Notes under the pieces: generated by a model
What the model was told of the DNA's origin: nothing
The model's input: the letters and a program-made list of their open reading frames with translations, nothing else
The model's database searches: none
Assembly (NCBI GenBank): GCA_046331705.1
Contig: JAXLQJ010000007.1
Span: forward strand, 62,001-126,000
DNA length: 64,000 nucleotides
From: a bacterium
Lineage (GTDB): Bacteria > JADJOY01
Direction: 5' to 3'
Position numbers and translations under genes: made by a program
In this document: positions 57,538 to 64,000 of the stretch, in pieces
Position numbering within the stretch: the first letter of the stretch is position 1
How the letters are laid out: each line of letters begins with the position of its first letter

Positions 57538-60269
57538 GCGTCGCCTGGTGGCGGCAAGGCCGCGAGCAGCCGCTGGCGCAGCTCCGCTTGACGCTCGGGC
57601 TCGGCGATCTTCCGACCCTCGCGATCCGTGACGTAGAACGAGTCCGTCACCTGATCCGCCTGGGTCGAGATCTTGGCGAGGTGGATGTCGAGGCCGAGCT
57701 CGGTCATCACCGACGCGATCGAATGAAGCAAGCCCACACGATCGGTGGCGAACACGTCCACGACGGTGGCCGTGCCCGAGCTCGAGTTGTCGATCTCGAC
57801 CCGGTCGGGAACCCGCCGTGGCGCCATCGTGCGCAAGGCGCTCGGCGGCTTGCCGAGATCGCCGAGCCCCGCGAGGTCGCGCTCGCCGCGAACCACCGCC
57901 TCGGCGTCCTTGAGCACGCGTTCCCAGCGTGCCGCCGCGGCCGCGTGCGGCGTCATGAACGAAGCCGATACCTGGAAGGTGTCGATCGCGATGCCGTTGG
58001 TCGTGGTCGCGAGCTGCGCGCCGTTGATGTTCACACCGTGCGCCGCGAGCACCCCGCACAGATCGCGGAAGAGCCCCGGTCGGTCGTGGGCCGCGACGGC
58101 GAGCGTGGCGAACGCGCCGGCCGGCTCCGCGAGCACCCGGCTCGCGAACCCGTCGGCCTCCACCTCCTGCGCCAGGAACGCGTAGCGCAGGCACCAGCGC
58201 GGGTTGCTGCGCAGGAAGAACGCGGGCGGCAGCCGCTCGAGGAATCCCTGCGCGCTGCCGTCGATCCCGTGACGCGCGAGCAGCTGCGCCAGGAGCTCGC
58301 GCCGCGCTGCCCATCGCGCCTCGACGTCCGAGCGGAAATCGCCGCTGTCGAAGACCCGCTTCGCCTTGACGTAGAGATCGTCGAGCAGGTGCGCCTTCCA
58401 CGGCGTCCAGGTGCCCGGCCCGACCGCCCGCACGTCGGCGTAGGTGAGCAGGTAGAGCAGCTCCATCTCCTCGAGGGTGCGCACGCGTCTGCAGAAGTTG
58501 GCGATCTCTTCCGGGTCGTCGAGGTTGCGCCGCTGGCTGAAGCGCGACATCAGCAGGTGGACTTGCACCAGGCGCGCCGCCAGCTCGCGCTGCTCGACGG
58601 TCAGCCCGAGACGGTGGCCCGCGTCTTCCACCATGGCGGCACCCTTCTCCGAGTGGCCGCCGCCCAATCCCTTGCCCATGTCGTGGAAGATCACCGCGAG
58701 ATGCAGCACCTCCGGGTCGGTGACCCGCTCCAGCATGCGGCGCAGCCGCGGCGGGCCGTCGTAATCCGTCGCATCCTCGATGCGCCGCAGCTCCCGCACC
58801 GCCACCAGCGTGTGCCGATCCACGGTGTACACGTGGTAGGCGTCGTGCTGGACCAGGCAGACCGCGTGCTCCATCTCGGGCAGCACCCGCGCGAGCAAGC
58901 CCACCTCGTGCATCGCCGTGAGCGCGCGATCGAGGTTCTTGCCGAGCTTCAACATGCCGCGAAACTCTTCGTTCACTGCCGGCACGTCGCACAGGCCGTT
59001 CGAGTCGTCGTGAGCGAGGCGCTCGAGGGTCTCGAGCGTCTTGTGCGAGATCTCGACGCCGTTCTCCTGCGCCAGCCGGAACACGCGGATGCGCGCCGCG
59101 GGATCGCGCTCGAGGAGCCCAGCGTCGGCCACCAGGTACTGGCTGCGCACCACCAGGAATCCATCGCCCACGGCGCGCTTGCGCAGGAACCAGCCGACCT
59201 CCTTCTGGCTCGCGCCGGCGCGGCAGCGCTGGATCATGCGAAAGCCGAAGCGCTGGATGGTGGCGGCGTTGCGATAGTAGTCGCGCATGAACTGCTCGAC
59301 CCCGAGCAACCCGTCGACGGCCCGATAGCCGAACCCTTCCGCCACCTTCTCCTGGAGGTCGAAGCTCAAGCGATCGGTGCGCCGTCCCACCTGGTAGTGC
59401 AGCTCGTTGCGCACGCGCAACAGGAAATCCCACGCCCGCTCCACCTCGTTGAGCGTGCGCCGGGTGAGCACCGCGCGATGCACCAGGTCGTCGAAGCTCG
59501 TGGCGCCGAAATGCACCTGCGCGAGCCACAGCGCCGTGTGCAGATCCCGGAGCCCTCCCTCCGCCTCCTTGATGTTGGGCTCGAGGATGTAGACCGAGCC
59601 GCCGTAGCGCTCGTGGCGCTTCTCCGACTCCTCGATCTTCGCGGCGATGAAGGCCTCCGCCTTGCGTCCGCCGGTCTTCTTCTCGATCGCGCGCCGGCAG
59701 CGCGCCGCGAGCTCCGCGTCGCCCACCACCAACCGCGCATCGAGCATCGCCGTCCGCACCTTCACGTCCTCGACGGCGAGGTCGGCGCACTGCTCGACGG
59801 TGCGATGGCTGAAGCCCACGTCGAGGTGCACGTCCCAGAGCGCGTAGAGGATGCGCTCGGCGACGTTCTCCGAGTACGGCCCCTTCTTCCACGGATGGAG
59901 GAAGACCACGTCGAGGTCCGAATGCGGCGCCAGGTCCTCGCGGCCATAGCCGCCCACGGCCAGCAGCGCCATGCGCTGATCGAGGCTCGGGTTGCGCTCG
60001 AAGTACTCGGCCTCGGAGGCGCGGAAGAGCGTCTGCAGCAGGTGATCGTAGATCTCGGTGGTGAGGCGAACCGCGGTGCGACCCGAGACTCCCTCGCCGT
60101 GGCGCCGCTTCACCCATTCGTTGCCGGCGTCCAGATAGCGGCGGATCGCCGCCGTGTCGGGGAAGGCCCCGTCGGCGACCAGCGATGCCGTGAGGTCCGC
60201 GGGCAGATGCTCGCGCCCGAGGGGAGCGCGCGGCTCGATGGTTTCGGTGAGAGGCGGTGACGAGAACAT
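57534..60269 (-). CDS. glnD: [Protein-PII] uridylyltransferase/uridylyl-removing enzyme
   Basis: AVGGYGR..SDLD, LEPNIKEAEGGLRD, YHVYTVD, FHDMGKG and two ACT domains (DRPGL, DRVGLL). Confidence 0.96.
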   Translation of the reverse strand: MFSSPPLTETIEPRAPLGREHLPADLTASLVADGAFPDTAAIRRYLDAGNEWVKRRHGEGVSGRTAVRLTTEIYDHLLQTLFRASEAEYFERNPSLDQRMALLAVGGYGREDLAPHSDLDVVFLHPWKKGPYSENVAERILYALWDVHLDVGFSHRTVEQCADLAVEDVKVRTAMLDARLVVGDAELAARCRRAIEKKTGGRKAEAFIAAKIEESEKRHERYGGSVYILEPNIKEAEGGLRDLHTALWLAQVHFGATSFDDLVHRAVLTRRTLNEVERAWDFLLRVRNELHYQVGRRTDRLSFDLQEKVAEGFGYRAVDGLLGVEQFMRDYYRNAATIQRFGFRMIQRCRAGASQKEVGWFLRKRAVGDGFLVVRSQYLVADAGLLERDPAARIRVFRLAQENGVEISHKTLETLERLAHDDSNGLCDVPAVNEEFRGMLKLGKNLDRALTAMHEVGLLARVLPEMEHAVCLVQHDAYHVYTVDRHTLVAVRELRRIEDATDYDGPPRLRRMLERVTDPEVLHLAVIFHDMGKGLGGGHSEKGAAMVEDAGHRLGLTVEQRELAARLVQVHLLMSRFSQRRNLDDPEEIANFCRRVRTLEEMELLYLLTYADVRAVGPGTWTPWKAHLLDDLYVKAKRVFDSGDFRSDVEARWAARRELLAQLLARHGIDGSAQGFLERLPPAFFLRSNPRWCLRYAFLAQEVEADGFASRVLAEPAGAFATLAVAAHDRPGLFRDLCGVLAAHGVNINGAQLATTTNGIAIDTFQVSASFMTPHAAAAARWERVLKDAEAVVRGERDLAGLGDLGKPPSALRTMAPRRVPDRVEIDNSSSGTATVVDVFATDRVGLLHSIASVMTELGLDIHLAKISTQADQVTDSFYVTDREGRKIAEPERQAELRQRLLAALPPPGDA

Positions 60270-60359
60270 CGCGTTCGGCCCAGGATTCGCGGGGCCGCGT
60301 AGTATACGGGCCCGAGCGCGCGTTCCGCGAAGCGACGAGCGCGCGGCGCGCGCCGCGCC

Positions 60360-62198
60360 TCAATCGGCGGCGTACATCTCGGGGTAGCGCGCGGCCATCT
60401 CGCGTCGCAGCTGAGCCAGGATGGCCTCGGCGTCGTCGAGCTCGAAGAGCTCGTCCGCGAATTGGCGGCATTCGAGCCGCGTGACCGAGCGCACGATGCG
60501 CTTGATCACCGGGATGGAATGCGGGTTCATGCTGAAGGTGTCGAGCCCCATGCCGAGCAAGAGCATCGTGTAGAGCCCGTCGCTCGCCATCTCGCCGCAC
60601 AGGCTCACCGGAATGTGGGCCGCGCGGCCGGCCTCCACCACCCGCCGAATCATGCGCAGGATCGCGGGATGGGTGGGCTGGTAGAGATCGGCGATCTGCT
60701 CGTTCACGCGATCGATCGCGAGCGAGTACTGGATCAGATCGTTGGTGCCGATGCTCAGGAAGTCGACCTCGCGGGCGATCAGGTCGACGATGGTGGCCGA
60801 GGACGGCGTCTCGATCATGCAGCCCAGCGGCACGCGCTCGTCGAACTCGACTCCACGCGTGCGCAGATCCTGGCGCACCTCCTCGAAGATCCGCCGGCTC
60901 GCGCGGATCTCGGAGAGGCCCGAGACCATCGGCAGCATGATCTGCAAGCGACCGAACGCGCTGGCGCGCAGGATGCCGCGCAGCTGCGCCTTGAAGAGCT
61001 CGGGGTGCTTGAGGCAGAGGCGGATCGCGCGCAGGCCGAGCGCGGGGTTCACCTCGGGCGCGAGGTCGAGCAGCGCCGAGACCTTGTCGCCGCCCAGGTC
61101 GAGGGTGCGGATGATCGCCGGATGCGGCGCGGTGCGCTCGGCCACCTCGCGATAGACGGCGAATTGCTCCTCCTCGCTCGGAAGGTCGTTGCGGTTCATG
61201 TAGAGGAACTCGGTGCGATAGAGCCCGATCCCCTCGCCGCCGGCCTCGATCACCGCGGGAATCTCGCGATTCATCTCGATGTTCGCCGCGAGCTGCACAC
61301 GCTCGCCGTCGAGCGTCACCGCCGGCAGGTGCAGGTCCTTGGCGAGGTCCTGCTCGAAGCGGTGCAGGCGATCGACGAGCCGCAGGTAATGGGCGTAGTC
61401 GTCGCGGGTCGGGTAGAGGATCACCTTCCCCACCCGTCCATCGACGATCAGCGGACAGCCCGACTCGACCCGTCGCGTGACGTTCTCGAGGCCCACCACC
61501 GCGGTGATCTCGAGGGCGCGCGCCATGATCGCCGTGTGGGAGGTGGGCCCGCCGACGTCGGTCAGGAACCCCGCCACGCGATCGGGCGTCATCTGCGCGG
61601 TGTCCGCGGGCGACAGGTCGTGCGCCACCACCACGACCTTGTCGGGAACCTGCGCGAGCTTCTCGTGGGTCTGCCCCGTGAGCCGCATGAGCACGCGGCC
61701 CGCGACGTGGTCGAGGTCGCGGCGCCGCTCGCGGAGGTAGGGATCCTGGATGCCGTCGAAGATCTTCTTGAGCTTGTCGATCTGCTCGCCGAGCGCCGCC
61801 TCGGCGTTGATCTTCTCGGAGCGGATCAGCGCCGCCGTCTCCTCGGCGATCATCCGGTCGTCGAGGATCATCACGTAGGTGTCGAGGATGAAGAGGTGCT
61901 GCGCGAGATCCTTGTCCGGGATCTGGGCGCGCAGGGCCTTCAGGCCCTGCTTGGCCTCCCGCAGCGCTCGGCGGAAGCGCTTGACCTCGGCTTCCACCTC
62001 GGGCTTGCGCAGCTTGCGCAACGCCACGGGCGAGGGCCCGGGATCGAGCAAGAAGGCCTTGCCGATGACGATGCCGGGCGCGACCCCGATACCGTGCAGC
62101 ACGATCGGCTCGCGCGCGAAGCTCGGCTTGTTCGCCGGCCGCGCGCGAGGCTGGGCCTTGCGCCTGCGCTGCTTAACGGTCTTCGCCGAAGCGGGCAT
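60360..62198 (-). CDS. ptsI: PEP-protein phosphotransferase, PTS enzyme I
   Basis: TSHTAIMAR, GLYRTE, NPALGLRAIR, SIGTNDL and CGEMA motifs. No GAF domain. Confidence 0.96.
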   Translation of the reverse strand: MPASAKTVKQRRRKAQPRARPANKPSFAREPIVLHGIGVAPGIVIGKAFLLDPGPSPVALRKLRKPEVEAEVKRFRRALREAKQGLKALRAQIPDKDLAQHLFILDTYVMILDDRMIAEETAALIRSEKINAEAALGEQIDKLKKIFDGIQDPYLRERRRDLDHVAGRVLMRLTGQTHEKLAQVPDKVVVVAHDLSPADTAQMTPDRVAGFLTDVGGPTSHTAIMARALEITAVVGLENVTRRVESGCPLIVDGRVGKVILYPTRDDYAHYLRLVDRLHRFEQDLAKDLHLPAVTLDGERVQLAANIEMNREIPAVIEAGGEGIGLYRTEFLYMNRNDLPSEEEQFAVYREVAERTAPHPAIIRTLDLGGDKVSALLDLAPEVNPALGLRAIRLCLKHPELFKAQLRGILRASAFGRLQIMLPMVSGLSEIRASRRIFEEVRQDLRTRGVEFDERVPLGCMIETPSSATIVDLIAREVDFLSIGTNDLIQYSLAIDRVNEQIADLYQPTHPAILRMIRRVVEAGRAAHIPVSLCGEMASDGLYTMLLLGMGLDTFSMNPHSIPVIKRIVRSVTRLECRQFADELFELDDAEAILAQLRREMAARYPEMYAAD

Positions 62199-62448
62199 CG
62201 ATCAGTTCCTTCAAGGCGTTCATCGCCTGAGCGGCATCGTCGCCCTCGGCCTGCACGCGCAGCGGGCTACCGCATGGCGCAGCCAGGATCATCAGGTTCA
62301 TGATGCTCTTGCCGTTGGCCGCCTCACCACGGTGGTGGACGGTGATCTTCGCCTTGAACCGGCTGGCCGTCTGGACGAACAGCGCGGCGGCGCGCGCGTG
62401 CAGGCCCTTCTGGTTCCTGAGCGTGAGCGTCTCCTCGACCGCTTTCAC
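62173..62448 (-). CDS. ptsH: Phosphocarrier protein HPr
   Basis: GLHARAA (His15) and NGKSIM (Ser46). Confidence 0.95.
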   Translation of the reverse strand: MKAVEETLTLRNQKGLHARAAALFVQTASRFKAKITVHHRGEAANGKSIMNLMILAAPCGSPLRVQAEGDDAAQAMNALKELIDARFGEDR

Positions 62449-62870
62449 CGAGCGTCTCCGACTGCATGCTTGCGCTGGGCCAAGACCTCGCTCGCGAGCT
62501 GAATGTGTCGCTTGCCGTATTCCTTGAGCTGAGTCCCCAGCTCGGCGAGCGTACGCCCCGTCCGCGAGGTACTAATCTTCATCAACATCGGTAGATTCAC
62601 TCCGGATAGCACATCGACTCGCCCTTCTTCGAGAAACGAGAGGCTCACGTTGGTCGAGGTGCCGCCGAAGAGGTCCGTGAGCACGAGCACGCCATGGCCC
62701 GCCTCGACCGATTGGATCGCCGCCTCGATCGTGGGCCGGATCTGATGCAGCGCCGCCTCGGGCGGCACCTCCACCGCCACGAAGCGCTCGAGCGGCCCCA
62801 CGATGGACTCGACGGCGCTCTTGAGCTCGACGCCCAATCGGCCATGGGCCACGATCACGATTCCGACCAC
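62445..62870 (-). CDS. PTS mannose/fructose-family EIIA component
   Basis: IVIVAHG, LTDLFGGT and GVNLPM motifs. GTG start with GGAG RBS. Confidence 0.92.
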   Translation of the reverse strand: MVGIVIVAHGRLGVELKSAVESIVGPLERFVAVEVPPEAALHQIRPTIEAAIQSVEAGHGVLVLTDLFGGTSTNVSLSFLEEGRVDVLSGVNLPMLMKISTSRTGRTLAELGTQLKEYGKRHIQLASEVLAQRKHAVGDAR

Positions 62871-62886
62871 GTCGCGCTCCCGCCTC

Positions 62887-63759
62887 TCACGTCGTCGCCG
62901 CGGGCACCGCGTCCCGATGGCGGACCGAAAACTTACACGATTCGACGTCCTTGAGACGCTCGCCGAGCGCCTCCACGATCGCCACCGAGCGGTGCTTGCC
63001 GCCGGTGCAGCCCACGGCGATCGAGACCAGGTGCTTCCCCTCGCGGTGGTAGCGCGGCAGCAGGAAGCGCAGCAACCCCTCGACGTGGGCGAGGAAGGCC
63101 TCGGCCTCGCCGCCGCGAAACACGAAGGTTCGCACCCGCGGCTCCCGCCCATCGTGGTCGCGCAGCTCGGCCTCGTAGTGCGGATTGGGCAGGAACCGCA
63201 CGTCGAACACCACGTCGGCGTCCTGCGGCAGGCCGTTGCGGAAGCCGAACGACACCAACGCGACCTCGAGCGCCGGAATGCGATCGCGGCCGAACTCTTC
63301 CTGAACGATGCGGCGCAGCGCGTGGACGTTGAGCGAGGAGGTGTCGATCACCCGCTGCGCCATCGCCCGGAACTCGCCCAGCAGCAACCGCTCGTGGGCG
63401 ACGCCGTTCACGATCGACGAGGAGTCGAGGGGATGCGCGCGGCGTACCTCGCGGAAGCGCCGCACCAGGCCCTCCTCACTGCATTCCAGGAAGACCACGG
63501 TGAGCGACGAGACCTCGTCGCGCACGGCGCGCAGCTCGTCGGGAGCGCTGCCCAGGAAGCTCCCCTCGCGGACGTCCATCACCACCAGCACGCGCTCGAG
63601 CTGGGGGCTCGAGCCCTTCGCCAGCTGCACGAAGTCACCGAGCAGCGGCGCCGGCAGGTTGTCGACGCAGTAGTAACCGAGGTCCTCGAACGCCTTGGCG
63701 ACGGTCGTCTTCCCCGAGCCGGAGAGCCCGGTCACGACCACGAGGTTCAGCCCTTCCAC
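62887..63759 (-). CDS. rapZ: RNase adapter RapZ (YhbJ/YvcJ)
   Basis: TGLSGSGKT, CVDNLP, SFGF, DVRFLPNP and GCTGGKHRSV motifs. Confidence 0.95.
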   Translation of the reverse strand: MEGLNLVVVTGLSGSGKTTVAKAFEDLGYYCVDNLPAPLLGDFVQLAKGSSPQLERVLVVMDVREGSFLGSAPDELRAVRDEVSSLTVVFLECSEEGLVRRFREVRRAHPLDSSSIVNGVAHERLLLGEFRAMAQRVIDTSSLNVHALRRIVQEEFGRDRIPALEVALVSFGFRNGLPQDADVVFDVRFLPNPHYEAELRDHDGREPRVRTFVFRGGEAEAFLAHVEGLLRFLLPRYHREGKHLVSIAVGCTGGKHRSVAIVEALGERLKDVESCKFSVRHRDAVPAATT

Positions 63760-64000
63760 GAGCGGCCCTTCCCGCGGATCGCGCGCATCACCTTCTGCTC
63801 GAAGCGGATGGCCGAGTGGTGCCCCATGTTCTTGAGCGCCTGGTTGCGCGCCGCCACCTCGAGGATGGTGCCCAGGTTCCGCCCCGGGCTCACCGGCACC
63901 GCGACCGAGGGCAGCGCCACACCGAGGATTTCGCGCGTGCCCTCGTCGACGCCGAGCCGGTCGATGGGCGTCTCGACACGCCACGGCACCAGGTCCACCA
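63747..64000 (-). CDS. hprK: HPr kinase/phosphorylase, C-terminal part (truncated by the window edge)
   Basis: DRLG..PVSPGRNL..ILEVAARN motif and position upstream of rapZ. Confidence 0.9.
   Translation of the reverse strand, partial: VDLVPWRVETPIDRLGVDEGTREILGVALPSVAVPVSPGRNLGTILEVAARNQALKNMGHHSAIRFEQKVMRAIRGKGRSWKG

Noticed and set aside
56440-60600. 1386-aa ORF suggesting a giant GT2 fusion
   Set aside because: Only the last ~365 aa are GT2. The rest is an off-frame reading of glnD.
60360-64000. hprK-rapZ-EIIA-ptsH-ptsI cluster without EIIB/C/D as a novel system
   Set aside because: Incomplete regulatory PTS clusters of this kind are well known in proteobacteria.

Overview
Very GC-rich, gene-dense bacterial DNA. 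The gene content (hprK-rapZ-EIIA(Man)-HPr-EI-glnD, multiheme cytochromes, F420-type LLM, FadE4-like dehydrogenase) suggests a Gram-negative deltaproteobacterial-type lineage (Myxococcota/Binatota-like; inference only). From left to right: (1) a heavily frameshifted large membrane-protein gene at about 0.4-4.3 kb. (2) Acyl-CoA, methyltransferase and F420-LLM genes, with a 16-bp inverted repeat in a divergent intergenic region. (3) Three paralogous membrane-anchored pentaheme c-cytochromes. (4) A YddA/BacA-like ABC half-transporter with a degenerate ATPase site, overlapping a discoidin/six-hairpin glycosidase gene. (5) A 2-hydroxyacyl-CoA dehydratase/activase operon. (6) sulP and a minimal rrf2-iscA-iscS operon. 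(7) A ~24 kb island (33.6-57.5 kb) with eight radical SAM enzymes (four B12-binding, four SPASM/twitch), three glycosyltransferases, a PP-loop enzyme, a FemAB-like GNAT and a secreted protein, interrupted by a MarR-EmrAB-TolC efflux operon. (8) glnD and the core PTS regulatory cluster. The best candidates for an undescribed system are the radical-SAM/glycosylation island, which has a twice-repeated B12-rSAM + SPASM-rSAM module, and the cytochrome b/c triad. No rRNA, tRNA, CRISPR array or transposase was recognised. All calls come from motif recognition by eye; no searches were run.
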